This document shows, piece by piece, positions 9,175 to 18,687 of a stretch of 64,000 nt of DNA (positions within the stretch are counted from its first letter, which is position 1; each line of letters opens with the position of its first letter). The position numbers were made by a program, and so were the translations under genes. The stretch comes from an uncultured bacterium (GTDB lineage: Bacteria; Verrucomicrobiota; Lentisphaeria; Victivallales; UBA1829): positions 140,574 through 204,573 of the forward strand of contig CACYZF010000002.1 in the NCBI GenBank assembly GCA_902778895.1. The letters run 5' to 3'. The notes beneath the pieces were generated by a model. That model saw only the letters and a program-made list of their open reading frames with translations, was not told where the DNA came from and did no database searches.

Positions 9175-9203
9175 TTGACATTTCCTTCCTGCGCGTGTAT
9201 ATT
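9175..9203 (+). promoter_or_regulatory. sigma70-type promoter TTGACA-N17-TATATT of the riboflavin operon
   Basis: Consensus -35 at 9175-9180 and -10 at 9198-9203, immediately upstream of the FMN riboswitch. Confidence 0.6.
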
Positions 9204-9232
9204 ATAACTTGCATTTTTAACAGACACATTGC

Positions 9233-9392
9233 AGTCATTCGGGGTTTGGTGAGAATCCAGACCGGCGGTGAAAGTCCGCGAACCGGCGCAAGCCGGCCGA
9301 CGTGGTGGAATCCCACGACCGACGGTGAACAGACCGCACGTGCGCGCATCCGGCGCGGCGGGCGGCGAGGCAGTCCGGAGGAGAGAATCATT
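9233..9392 (+). promoter_or_regulatory. FMN riboswitch (RFN element)
   Basis: TTCGGGGTTTGGTGAGAATCCAGACCGGCGGTGAAAGTCCGCGA ... GTGGTGGAATCCCACGACCGACGGTGAACAG ... GTCCGGAGGAGAGAA matches conserved RFN core segments. Sits upstream of ribBA. Confidence 0.85.
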
Positions 9393-9459
9393 GCAGCGTC
9401 GCAGATGTTCTTTAGGCGAAATCCCGATACCGCAGAACAACTTACGAGGTCAATCGAGA

Positions 9460-10650
9460 ATGGACAGCAGGTTCGACACCGTGGAAAGCGTCCTGGAGGA
9501 CGTGCGCGCAGGCCGGCTCGTGATTGTCACGGACGACGAGAAACGCGAGAACGAAGGCGATCTGGTGTGCGCGGCGGAAAAGATCACGCCGGAACATGTG
9601 AATTTCATGATCACTCATGCACGCGGACTCGTGTGCGCCCCGATCACCGAGGCACGGGCGAAGGAACTCGGCATCTACCGCGCGCCTTCCACCGACCACT
9701 TCAAGACGGCGTTCACCGAAAGCGTCGACGTCCTGACCGGCACCACCGGCATCAGCGCGTCCGACCGCGCCGCCACCATCAAAGCCCTGCTCGATCCGGC
9801 TGCGAAACGCGAAGACTTCGGCATCCCCGGACACGTGTTCCCCATCGCGGCGCGTCCCGGCGGCGTGCTCCAGCGCACCGGCCACACCGAAGCGTCCGTG
9901 GACCTCGCGCGTCTGGCGGGACTTCAGCCTGCGGCGGTCATCTGCGAGATCACGAAGGACGACGGCACGATGGCGCGTCTGGACGACCTCGCGACGTTCA
10001 AGGAGAAATTCGGCCTCAAGCTCTGCTCCATCGCCTCCCTCATCGAATACCGCCGCAAGAAGGAAAAGCTCGTGGAGGAGGAACTCTGCGTGAAGCTCCC
10101 GACCGCGTACGGCGATTTCATGCTCCACATGTTCCGTTCCAAGCTCGACGGCGCGTGCCATCTGGCGCTGACCCACGGCGACGTCGCCGCCGCGAAATCC
10201 GTGCTCGTCCGCATGCACAGCGAATGCCTCACGGGCGACGTCTTCGGATCCATGCGCTGCGACTGCGGCGACCAGCTCCACACGGCGATGCGCATGATCG
10301 CGAAGGAAGGCGCGGGCGTGCTGGTCTATCTGCGTCAGGAAGGACGCGGCATCGGCCTCGCGAACAAGCTCCGCGCGTACAAGCTCCAGGAGGAGGGCTG
10401 CGATACCGTCGAGGCGAACATCCGCCTCGGATTCCCGCCTGATCTCCGCGAATACGGCATCGGCGCACAGATCCTGCTCGACCTCGGCGTGAAGCATCTG
10501 CGCCTGCTCACGAACAACCCGATGAAGGTGGTCGGCATCGACGGCTACGGACTCGTCATCGACGAACGCGTACCGATCGTGATCGAACCGGGCGAGTTCA
10601 ACAAGCATTACCTGGACACGAAACGCGAGAAGATGGGGCATCTGATCTGA
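9460..10650 (+). CDS. ribBA: bifunctional 3,4-dihydroxy-2-butanone-4-phosphate synthase / GTP cyclohydrolase II
   Basis: [12 protein letters not shown]-synthase motif plus C-terminal [17 protein letters not shown] cyclohydrolase II motif. Internal ATG at 9460 follows the riboswitch. Confidence 0.9.
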   Translation: MDSRFDTVESVLEDVRAGRLVIVTDDEKRENEGDLVCAAEKITPEHVNFMITHARGLVCAPITEARAKELGIYRAPSTDHFKTAFTESVDVLTGTTGISASDRAATIKALLDPAAKREDFGIPGHVFPIAARPGGVLQRTGHTEASVDLARLAGLQPAAVICEITKDDGTMARLDDLATFKEKFGLKLCSIASLIEYRRKKEKLVEEELCVKLPTAYGDFMLHMFRSKLDGACHLALTHGDVAAAKSVLVRMHSECLTGDVFGSMRCDCGDQLHTAMRMIAKEGAGVLVYLRQEGRGIGLANKLRAYKLQEEGCDTVEANIRLGFPPDLREYGIGAQILLDLGVKHLRLLTNNPMKVVGIDGYGLVIDERVPIVIEPGEFNKHYLDTKREKMGHLI

Positions 10651-10716
10651 CCCCGCCGCGATCCGAAACGAACCGAAATCACAACAAAAAATCAACATAT
10701 CTCAGGAGAAAACATC

Positions 10717-11193
10717 ATGGCAAAAGACGAACTCACTGTACTGGAAGGCAACCTCAGCGCCGCCGGACTCAAAATCGCCGTCGTGTGCGCACGCTTCAAC
10801 GAATTCTTCGTCTCCAAACTCTTCAGCGGCGCGGTCGACGCGATCGTCCGTCACGGCGGCAGCCGCGCGAACATCACTCAGGCATGGGTGCCCGGTTCCT
10901 TCGAGCTCCCGTTCGCGGTCTCCAAGCTCGCGAAGAGCGGTAGCTACGACGCCGTGATCGCGCTCGGCGTGGTCATCCAGGGCGCCACCGCCCATGCCTC
11001 CACGATCTACAGCCAGGTCTCCAAATCCCTCGCCCAGATCGGCATGGAGTCGGGCGTCCCGGTCATCTACGGCGTCGTCACGGTCGAAAACATCGAACAG
11101 GCCATCGAACGCTCCGGCACCAAGGCGGGCAACCGCGGCGCGGACGCGGCGGTCGCCGCAATCGAAATGGCGAACCTGAACAAGAAACTCTGA
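10717..11193 (+). CDS. ribH: 6,7-dimethyl-8-ribityllumazine synthase
   Basis: 158 aa with KIAVVCARFNEF, GSFELP and VIALGVVIQG motifs typical of RibH. Confidence 0.9.
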   Translation: MAKDELTVLEGNLSAAGLKIAVVCARFNEFFVSKLFSGAVDAIVRHGGSRANITQAWVPGSFELPFAVSKLAKSGSYDAVIALGVVIQGATAHASTIYSQVSKSLAQIGMESGVPVIYGVVTVENIEQAIERSGTKAGNRGADAAVAAIEMANLNKKL

Positions 11194-11248
11194 GCCGCCG
11201 TCCCCCTTCCCTTTCTTCAGAATCCAGCCTTTTTTCCCCCGAATTGTT

Positions 11249-11812
11249 ATGAACACAGAATCCGATTTTGAACACGAAGCCGGAGACGCCGCCCCGGAAA
11301 AACACGCCGCAAACGGCAAAAAAACGCATCAGCCGCATTTCCAGCCGCACCAGCACTTCAAACGACTCGGCCGCGAGCTCGCGATGCAGTATCTTTTCGA
11401 ATGCGACATCCGCGACAGCGTGACCGAGCCGAACACGATGGAGGATTTCTGGGCGCAGGCCGAGGAGTCCGGCGAGTTCGCCGACGCACGCGTCTTCCGC
11501 CGCGCCAGAGCCTACGCCGAAAACCTGATCGCCAACGCGCAGGCCAACGACGACGTGATCACCGGCTACCTCGGCAAGTTCTCCGAAAAATGGGACGTGG
11601 ACCGCATGTCCGCCGTGGACCGCAACATCATGAAGGTGGCCGTGGCGGAGATGCTGTACTGCCCGGACATCCCCCACGTGGTGAGCATCGACGAGGCGAT
11701 CGAGATCGCGAAGGACTTCAGCGACGAGAAATCCGGCCTCTTCATCAACGGCATCCTGAACGGCATCAAGAACGAGATCGAAAAGAATCCCGCGGGCGGC
11801 AAAACGGAATAA
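11249..11812 (+). CDS. nusB: transcription antitermination factor NusB (with N-terminal extension)
   Basis: RELAMQYLFE, VDRNIMKVAVAEMLY and IDEAIEIAK..S.....FINGILN are conserved NusB blocks. Classic ribH-nusB linkage. Confidence 0.85.
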   Translation: MNTESDFEHEAGDAAPEKHAANGKKTHQPHFQPHQHFKRLGRELAMQYLFECDIRDSVTEPNTMEDFWAQAEESGEFADARVFRRARAYAENLIANAQANDDVITGYLGKFSEKWDVDRMSAVDRNIMKVAVAEMLYCPDIPHVVSIDEAIEIAKDFSDEKSGLFINGILNGIKNEIEKNPAGGKTE

Positions 11813-11818
11813 CGGAAC

Positions 11819-12766
11819 ATGTTCTCCATCTTCTCCAAATTCAAAAACGGCCTCCAGAAGACCGCTGTCGCCGTCAACCGCAAGATATCCGGGCTCTTCA
11901 CCGGAAACAAAGAGTGGACCGAGGAAGATTTCGCCGAACTGGAAAAGACCCTGATCGGCACCGACCTCGGCATGTCCGCCTCGCGTACCATCGTGCAGAA
12001 CATCCGCGAACGCTACAAGCTCGGCGAGCTCAAGTCGTCCGACGACATTTCCCGCGTGGCCGCCGCCGAACTGAAAAAGATCCTCTCCGAGGGCGCGCGT
12101 CCCATGCGGAAGAACCCGGACGGCGTGACCGTGCTGCTCTTCGTCGGCGTGAACGGCAGCGGCAAGACCACCACCATCGGCAAGCTCGCCGCCGCACTCA
12201 CGCAGGACGGAAACCGCGTCATGCTCGGCGCGTGCGACACCTTCCGCGCCGCCGCCGTCGAACAGCTCACGCTGTGGGCCGAACGCACCGGCAGCCAGAT
12301 CGTCGCGGCGAAACAGGGCGCAGACCCCGCGTCCGTGGCGTTCGACGCCGTGAAGTCCGCCGTCGCGAAGGGCGCGGACTACCTGCTCATCGACACCGCC
12401 GGACGCCAGCAGAACCGCAAGAACCTGATGGACGAGCTGGCGAAAGTCACGCGCATCATCAACAAGGTCCTGCCCGGGGCGCCGCACGAGACCATCCTCA
12501 CCATTGACGCCAGCCACGGCAGCAATTCCATCGCCCAGGCGCGCGAGTTCGCATCCATCTCCGGCGCGTCCGCCATGGTCCTGACCAAAATGGACGGCAC
12601 CGGAAAAGGCGGAGCCGCATGCGCCGCACAGCGCGAATTCGGCCTGCCCATCCTCTTTGTCGGCCTCGGCGAGCAGCCGGACGACCTCCAGGTCTTCGAC
12701 CCGGAGACCTACGCGAACGCGATCTTCCCGCCGGATGCCGGCGCCGGGACGGAATCCGAATCCTAA
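11819..12766 (+). CDS. ftsY: signal recognition particle receptor FtsY
   Basis: SRP GTPase motifs GVNGSGKTTTIGKLA, DTAGR and TKMDGTGKGG. Confidence 0.9.
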   Translation: MFSIFSKFKNGLQKTAVAVNRKISGLFTGNKEWTEEDFAELEKTLIGTDLGMSASRTIVQNIRERYKLGELKSSDDISRVAAAELKKILSEGARPMRKNPDGVTVLLFVGVNGSGKTTTIGKLAAALTQDGNRVMLGACDTFRAAAVEQLTLWAERTGSQIVAAKQGADPASVAFDAVKSAVAKGADYLLIDTAGRQQNRKNLMDELAKVTRIINKVLPGAPHETILTIDASHGSNSIAQAREFASISGASAMVLTKMDGTGKGGAACAAQREFGLPILFVGLGEQPDDLQVFDPETYANAIFPPDAGAGTESES

Positions 12767-12800
12767 CCCTCACCTCAAGCCGGAATACACGGAGTTCAAT

Positions 12801-14087
12801 ATGATCTTATCCGTCAGACACTCGCAGATCAACGGCGAAACCGCCGTCCCGGGATCCAAATCCCATACCATCCGCGCCCTCGCCATCGCGTCCCTCGCGA
12901 AAGGCCCCTCCATCATCAAGGCTCCGCTCGTCTCCGACGACACGCTCTCCTGCCTCTCCGCCGCCTGCGCCCTCGGCGCGTGGGTCCGCCGCGGCGACGA
13001 TTCCCTGTGGCAGGTCATCGGGACCGGCGGCCGCATGATCGAACCGGCGCGCCCGCTCGACATGGGCAACTCCGGCACCGGACTGCGCATCTTCAGCGCG
13101 CTGGCCGCCCTCTCCGGGTCACCGATCTCGTTCAGCGGCGACGAGTCCCTGCAGAAACGCCCGATGGAGCCCCTTCTGGCTGCGCTGAACGACCTCGGTG
13201 CGAAGACCGTATCCAACGGCGGGCACTGTCCCCTTACGGTCACAGGCCCCATCCGCGGCGGCGAAACGTCCGTCGACGGCACATCCTCGCAGTATCTCTC
13301 CGCGCTCCTGCTCGCCGCCCCGCTCGCCCAGGGCGACACCATCCTGAACGTCCCGTTCCTGAACGAGGTCCCCTATGTCGAAATGACGCTCGCCTGGCTG
13401 AAGCGCCAGAACATCAACCTGAAGTACAACAAGAACTACACCCGCTTCCACGTGATCGGCGGTCAGCAGTTCAAACCGTTCAACGAGACCATCCCCGCCG
13501 ACTTCTCCACCGCGGCCTTCCCGCTCGCGGCGGCCGTCGTGACCGGCGGCGGCGTCCTGATCCGCAACCTCGATTTCAACGATCCGCAGGGCGACAAGGC
13601 GTTCGTCGAGCTTGCCCGGCGCATGGGCGCGAAGATCGAGACCGGAGCGGGATTCGCCCGCGTGAAGCCCGGCCCGGTGAAACTCCACTCCGCCGAACTC
13701 GACCTGAACTCCACGCCCGACCTCCTGCCGATCCTCTCCGTCGTGGCCGCGTGCGCCGACGGCATCACCGTGCTGAAAAACGTCGCGCAGGCGCGTCTGA
13801 AGGAGACCGACCGCATCGCGGTCATGGCGCACGAACTCAGAAAGATGGGCATCCAGGTGGAGGAATTCGAGGACGGCATGGCGATCACAGGCGGCAAGCT
13901 GAAGCCTGCCCACGTCGACAGTTTCCGCGACCACCGTGTGGCGATGTCGCTCGCCATCGCAGGCATGACCTGCGGCGCGGACGAGAAGGAACCGACCGTG
14001 ATCGACTCCGCCGAGTCCATAGCCGTCACCTACCCGACCTTCGTCGACGATTTCTCCAGGCTCGGCGCAGACTTCTACGTCGTCTGA
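12801..14087 (+). CDS. aroA: 3-phosphoshikimate 1-carboxyvinyltransferase (EPSP synthase)
   Basis: PGSKSHTIRAL, GNSGTGLR, LKETDR and DHRVAMS motifs. ATG at 12801 chosen over the 12657 extension that overlaps ftsY. Confidence 0.9.
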   Translation: MILSVRHSQINGETAVPGSKSHTIRALAIASLAKGPSIIKAPLVSDDTLSCLSAACALGAWVRRGDDSLWQVIGTGGRMIEPARPLDMGNSGTGLRIFSALAALSGSPISFSGDESLQKRPMEPLLAALNDLGAKTVSNGGHCPLTVTGPIRGGETSVDGTSSQYLSALLLAAPLAQGDTILNVPFLNEVPYVEMTLAWLKRQNINLKYNKNYTRFHVIGGQQFKPFNETIPADFSTAAFPLAAAVVTGGGVLIRNLDFNDPQGDKAFVELARRMGAKIETGAGFARVKPGPVKLHSAELDLNSTPDLLPILSVVAACADGITVLKNVAQARLKETDRIAVMAHELRKMGIQVEEFEDGMAITGGKLKPAHVDSFRDHRVAMSLAIAGMTCGADEKEPTVIDSAESIAVTYPTFVDDFSRLGADFYVV

Positions 14088-14109
14088 TCGGCATCATTCT
14101 GTTTCATCA

Positions 14110-14147
14110 AGCGCGGCCTCCGGCACAGGAGACCGCGCTTTTTTTTG
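14110..14147 (+). terminator. rho-independent terminator after aroA
   Basis: GCGCGGCCTCC-loop-GGAGACCGCGC hairpin followed by a T8 run. Confidence 0.7.
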
Positions 14148-14284
14148 TGCTCCGAAAAACTTTTTTTCGGTTTTTTTTGATGATTTTATGAAAACATCGC
14201 TAAGATTTCCGTTATTTGATACGTCTAATCGCGTAGAAACATCTTTTTGAAACGTTCCAAAGATAGCAACACAAGGAGCCAGCC

Positions 14285-16666
14285 ATGAAAAAGAAATCGT
14301 TGTTTGACGGTCCCGCGTTCATCTCCCGCAAATTCAGGGGACTTGCCGCCGCCGCATGCGCCGTGACGGCCCTGTTATCCGCCCTGCCCCAGACAACGCG
14401 CGCGGACGACACCCCTGCCGCGGATCGGAAAGCCATCGCCGCGGATCTGAACCGCAAGGGGTTCGATCTCTTCCGCCTGGTCAGTGACAAGGACACGAAG
14501 GAAAACGCGTTTGTCTCCCCGTACAGCATCGACAGCGCGTTCGGGCTGGTCTACTGCGGCGCGAAGGAGAAGACCGCGCAGGAGATCCGCGACACACTGG
14601 GACTCCCCGCCGATCCGGCGAAATGCGGCGAGTTTTTCCACGCGGTTTCGCAGGAGTACGCGGCAAACAAACTGGTCGAGGTCCTGGTGTCGAATTCCGT
14701 CTGGTACGAGCAGAAATATGAAAAGGCCATCCTCCCCTCGTTCTTCGCCATGATCGACAAATACTACGACGGGACGTTCTACAAGGAGGACTTCTCGCAG
14801 CCGGGGCCGCTCGTCGCGAAAGTCAACGCCTACGTCGAGGATCACACGAAGAACATGATCAGGAACCTGCTGTCGCCCTCCGACATCACGCCCAGGTCGT
14901 TCATGATCCTGCTGAACACGCTTTTCTTCGAGGCGAAATGGAAGACGCCGTTCAAGAAAGACGATACCAAGCCCATGATCTTCCGCAATTTCGACAACAA
15001 GGAAAAGCGCGTCAGGATGATGTACCGGAGAGGCTTCGACATCTCATACTACTCCAACGAAGAGGACAACGTCCACGCGGTGGTCCTGCCGTACGAAGCT
15101 CCCCGGTTCGAGCTCATCGCCCTGATGCCGATCCAGCCCGGCACGGACCGCGGGGAAGCCGCCATGAAAAGCATCATTTCGAAGATCGGGGACAAGCTCG
15201 ACGTCTGGCTCAAATACCGTTCGACGTACGAAACACGCCTCTGGCTCCCGATCGTCGATCTGACCTGCAAATACAGCCTCAAGGACGCCCTCGGGGAACT
15301 CGGCATGAAGACGCCGTTTATCGAAACGCAGGCGAATTTCCACGGCATCGCGGAACCGCCGAAGGACCGCCCGCCCACAACAGAAGACCTGATTTACATC
15401 TGGATCGAAAAGGTGATCCACAAGACCGCGCTGAAGATGGACGAGGAAAAGACGCAGGCGGCCGCCGCCACTGCGATCATCATGGGCGGATTCGGCGGCG
15501 GCGTAAATATGCAGCCGCCCCCGGTCAACATCTTCCGCGCCGACCGTCCGTACCTCGTGCTGATCCGCGACAACCAGACCGGGCTCATCCTCTTCGCGGG
15601 CCGCATCAACGATCCCGGCGTGGAGGCCACGGAGGCGGACGGACCGGTTACGCCGTCGTTCGACGGGATGCCCTTCGGGATGCCGTTCGGGATGCAGCCG
15701 GGCGGCTTCCCGACGCAGCGTTCCAACGGCGGTTTCGGCCCGCCCGTGGAAGGCCCCGCCCGGACCACCGTCCCCGGCGCCAAGCCGGCCGCACAGACCA
15801 TTCCGCGTCCGACGACTACCACCACCGCGAAACCGACTTCCGCCACAGCACAAAGAGGCGAATCCCCCGCGGCCAAGGTGGACGGGCAGATCTCCGTGAT
15901 CCTGGAGGGCTTTATCGACGGTGCAGACGCGTTTGTCTTCCGCGACAACAAGGTCTTTCTCCAGCACAAGTCCTTCAAGGAACCGGACGAATTAACCGTC
16001 AACGGGAAGCCGTGGGCGGACCCGGCCCAACCGTTCGAGCTGGGATTCACTCCGGACCCCGCCGAAACGCGCTTCGTCTGCGAGGGACGCGGACAGAAAA
16101 GCATGAGCCGCACAAGCGACAGCGTCACGGTCACGATCAACGATCAGGATGGAGCGGCCGCACGTTACCGGATCATCCTGTTCCAGCCGGAAGGGGTGAA
16201 GGAGTCCCTGGAGCTGCCGAAGGACCCCATCGGAAATACCGTGAAAGAGGTGCCCGCCAGAACAAAGCCCGCAACGGCGACACAGACGGCGAAGCCCGGC
16301 ACCGCGGCACAGACAGCCACGCCCGCGCCTTCTTCCGCCGAACAAACGGCCACGTCCGCCGAACCGGACATACTGGTCCTGGAAGGGACCTTCAACGGCT
16401 ACGGTTCGTTCCATTTTGCAGGCGGTCTCATCGTGTATTCCCACAAGGACGGCGCGTACCCGACCAACGTAACGATCAATGGACAGCCTTGGACGGACCT
16501 GAATCAGCCGCTCAAACTGGACGGCATTTCCTTCCCGGCCCGGATCATACGCAAGCAGGCGCGCGGCACGGTCACGCTGCTGCCCGCCGATGATTTCGCC
16601 CGGCTTGAGCTCAATGACCATCAGGACGGCTCCGCTTCCTACAGGATCGAGTTTGGCACGAAGTGA
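14285..16666 (+). CDS. secreted serpin fused to a P/T-rich linker and two copies of a ~100-aa C-terminal domain
   Basis: Signal peptide. Serpin core (FVSPYSIDSAFGLVY ... EEKTQAAAATAII hinge ... FRADRPYLVLIRD). The C-terminal duplication is ILEGFIDGADAFVF...TVNGKPWADPAQPFELG versus VLEGTFNGYGSFHF...TINGQPWTDLNQPLKLDG. Confidence 0.85.
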   Translation: MKKKSLFDGPAFISRKFRGLAAAACAVTALLSALPQTTRADDTPAADRKAIAADLNRKGFDLFRLVSDKDTKENAFVSPYSIDSAFGLVYCGAKEKTAQEIRDTLGLPADPAKCGEFFHAVSQEYAANKLVEVLVSNSVWYEQKYEKAILPSFFAMIDKYYDGTFYKEDFSQPGPLVAKVNAYVEDHTKNMIRNLLSPSDITPRSFMILLNTLFFEAKWKTPFKKDDTKPMIFRNFDNKEKRVRMMYRRGFDISYYSNEEDNVHAVVLPYEAPRFELIALMPIQPGTDRGEAAMKSIISKIGDKLDVWLKYRSTYETRLWLPIVDLTCKYSLKDALGELGMKTPFIETQANFHGIAEPPKDRPPTTEDLIYIWIEKVIHKTALKMDEEKTQAAAATAIIMGGFGGGVNMQPPPVNIFRADRPYLVLIRDNQTGLILFAGRINDPGVEATEADGPVTPSFDGMPFGMPFGMQPGGFPTQRSNGGFGPPVEGPARTTVPGAKPAAQTIPRPTTTTTAKPTSATAQRGESPAAKVDGQISVILEGFIDGADAFVFRDNKVFLQHKSFKEPDELTVNGKPWADPAQPFELGFTPDPAETRFVCEGRGQKSMSRTSDSVTVTINDQDGAAARYRIILFQPEGVKESLELPKDPIGNTVKEVPARTKPATATQTAKPGTAAQTATPAPSSAEQTATSAEPDILVLEGTFNGYGSFHFAGGLIVYSHKDGAYPTNVTINGQPWTDLNQPLKLDGISFPARIIRKQARGTVTLLPADDFARLELNDHQDGSASYRIEFGTK

Positions 16667-16692
16667 AGCCGCATCCGTTCCTCGCTTGATAC

Positions 16693-16735
16693 AAAAAACG
16701 CACCCCGTTTCCGCACGATTCGCGGGACGGGGTGC
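16693..16735. terminator. hairpin terminator between the convergent serpin and UPF0210 genes
   Basis: GCACCCCGT...ACGGGGTGC stem. An A6 run on the + strand gives the T-run for the minus-strand gene. Confidence 0.6.
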
Positions 16736-16762
16736 TTCCTTTACGAGTAAACGCGGTTCAGC

Positions 16763-18121
16763 TCAGTTTTTGAGGCTGTGGATGGGCGCGGGGATGCGTC
16801 CGCCGCGGGCGATGAACTTTGCCGGGGAAAGCGTGTTCACGGGCATAACCGGCGCTTCGCCGAGCAGGCCGCCGAAATTGACCGTGTCGCCGACCTTGCA
16901 GCCGATCGCCGGGATCACGCGGACGGCGGTCGTCTTGGTGTTCACCACGCCGATCGCGATCTCGTCGGCGATGATGCCGGAAATGACCTCGGCGGACGTG
17001 TCGCCCGGGATCGCGATCATGTCCAGTCCGACGGAGCAGACTGCGGTCATGGCTTCGAGTTTTTCGAGGCGGAGTGCGCCGGACCGCGCGGCGGCGATCA
17101 TGCCGGCGTCCTCGGACACGGGGATGAACGCGCCGGAGAGGCCGCCGACCTGCGAGGACGCCATCACGCCGCCCTTCTTCACGGCGTCGTTCAGAAGCGC
17201 GAGCGCGGCGGTCGTGCCGCAGGCTCCGCACTGCTCCAGCCCCATGGACTCCAGGATGTACGCGACCGAGTCGCCGATGGCGGGCGTGGGCGCGAGCGAG
17301 AGGTCCACGATGCCGAACGGCACGCCGAGGCGGTTCGAGGCTTCGCGCGCGACGAGCTGCCCCACGCGGGTGATCTTGAACGCGGTCTTCTTGATGATCT
17401 CCGCGATCTCGGCGAGCGAGCAGTCGCCCGCGCGGCGGATGGCGGACGCCACGACGCCGGGGCCGGACACGCCCACGTTGATGACCGTTTCGGGTTCGCC
17501 GAGGCCGTGGAACGCGCCCGCCATGAACGGGTTGTCCTCCGGGGCGTTCGCGAAGACGACGAGCTTGGCGCAGCCGATGGACCCGCGGTCGGCGGTGAGT
17601 TCGGCGGTGCGGCGCACCACGCGCCCCATCTCCGCCACGGCGTCCATGTTGATGCCCGCCTTGGTCGACGCCACGTTCACGGATGAGCACACGAGTTCGG
17701 TACTGGCGAGCGCCTCCGGGATGGATTCGATGAGTACGCGGCTGCCGTCGGACGCGCCTTTCTGCACGAGCGCGCTGTAGCCGCCGATGAAGTTGATGCC
17801 GAGCTCGTGCGCCGCCCGGTCGAGCGCCTTCGCAATGCCGACCGCGCCGTCGCGATTCATACGCCCGCAGAGGAGCGCGGCGGGCGTCACGGACACGCGT
17901 TTGTTGATGATCGGGATCCCGTACATCTTTTCGATGTCGCAGCCGACCTTCACGAGGTTGTGGGCGCGCGACATGACCTTGTCGTAGATGTTGTCCGCCA
18001 GGCGGCGCGGGTCATCGCTCTGGCAGTCGTACAGCGAGATGCCGAGCGTGATCGTGCGGACGTCGAGGCATTCCTCGCGGATCATGTTCAGCGTTTCGAG
18101 GATATCGAATTTATCGAGCAT
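16763..18121 (-). CDS. UPF0210 (DUF711, PFL-like) family protein
   Basis: 452 aa. N-terminus [33 protein letters not shown] is characteristic of UPF0210. Paired with an ACT-domain UPF0237 gene, as usual. Confidence 0.8.
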   Translation of the reverse strand: MLDKFDILETLNMIREECLDVRTITLGISLYDCQSDDPRRLADNIYDKVMSRAHNLVKVGCDIEKMYGIPIINKRVSVTPAALLCGRMNRDGAVGIAKALDRAAHELGINFIGGYSALVQKGASDGSRVLIESIPEALASTELVCSSVNVASTKAGINMDAVAEMGRVVRRTAELTADRGSIGCAKLVVFANAPEDNPFMAGAFHGLGEPETVINVGVSGPGVVASAIRRAGDCSLAEIAEIIKKTAFKITRVGQLVAREASNRLGVPFGIVDLSLAPTPAIGDSVAYILESMGLEQCGACGTTAALALLNDAVKKGGVMASSQVGGLSGAFIPVSEDAGMIAAARSGALRLEKLEAMTAVCSVGLDMIAIPGDTSAEVISGIIADEIAIGVVNTKTTAVRVIPAIGCKVGDTVNFGGLLGEAPVMPVNTLSPAKFIARGGRIPAPIHSLKN

Positions 18122-18134
18122 GGGACGGCTCCGT

Positions 18135-18404
18135 TCAGATCTTGTGCATGGTGTTGAAGATGTCCTCGTGCATGGTGAGGATCTTCAGGTTGTTGGCGCT
18201 GCCGATGCGGGTCATGGCGTCCACGAAGTCCGGGAACGGCACGGTGATGCCGTCGATGTCCGTGATCATGATCATGGTGAAGTAGTCCTGCAGCACGGTC
18301 TGGGAGATGTCCAGGATGTTCACGCCGCAGCGCGCGCACTCCGCGCTGACTTTCGCGATGATGCCGACGGTGTCCTTGCCGATGACGGAGATGACAGCTT
18401 TCAT
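18135..18404 (-). CDS. ACT-domain protein, UPF0237 family
   Basis: 89 aa, [20 protein letters not shown]...[11 protein letters not shown] at 18404 chosen. Conserved partner of UPF0210. Confidence 0.8.
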   Translation of the reverse strand: MKAVISVIGKDTVGIIAKVSAECARCGVNILDISQTVLQDYFTMIMITDIDGITVPFPDFVDAMTRIGSANNLKILTMHEDIFNTMHKI

Positions 18405-18480
18405 GAAACGGACCTTTCCGGGCGCGAAACCTCTTGTCCCTGCGCCCATATTAGGGTGATGGATAAAAAAATATCTATTT

Positions 18481-18509
18481 AAAATACACCCTTTACAGCG
18501 GAAAGTCAA
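18481..18509 (-). promoter_or_regulatory. candidate promoter TTGACT-N17-TATTTT for the UPF0237/UPF0210 operon
   Basis: Read on the minus strand. Leaves a ~75-nt leader containing a GGGCGC...GCGCCC hairpin. Confidence 0.4.
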
Positions 18510-18603
18510 CCGGAATACGCGAAAGTTCCGTCTCCGTCGCACAGACTGCCGCCCACTGCCATGAATCACCGGAAAAACTGCCGTGTTTCCCTGCGCTTTG
18601 CGC

Positions 18604-18631
18604 TTGACTTCCCGCGTTCCGCTGTTATATT
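18604..18631 (+). promoter_or_regulatory. candidate promoter TTGACT-N16-TATATT upstream of aguA
   Basis: AT-rich island about 55 nt upstream of the ATG at 18688. Confidence 0.5.
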
Positions 18632-18687
18632 ACTTTTTGACGCTGAACCAACAGATAAAAACAAACTCAAGAAAGGAATCCCCTCCC

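Noticed and set aside
8969-9178. 69-aa ORF in the AT-rich spacer upstream of the riboswitch promoter
   Set aside because: It has no RBS, its composition is unlike neighbouring genes, and it runs into the promoter (TTGACA at 9175). It is more likely non-coding intergenic DNA between divergent genes.
9268-9459. N-terminal extensions offered by the ORF track for ribBA (9268), ftsZ (1948), aroA (12657), gatB (38042) and aguA (18583)
   Set aside because: The extensions overlap the riboswitch, the upstream gene or the promoter, and are Arg/Pro-rich. Conserved protein N-termini begin at the internal ATGs used in the feature list.
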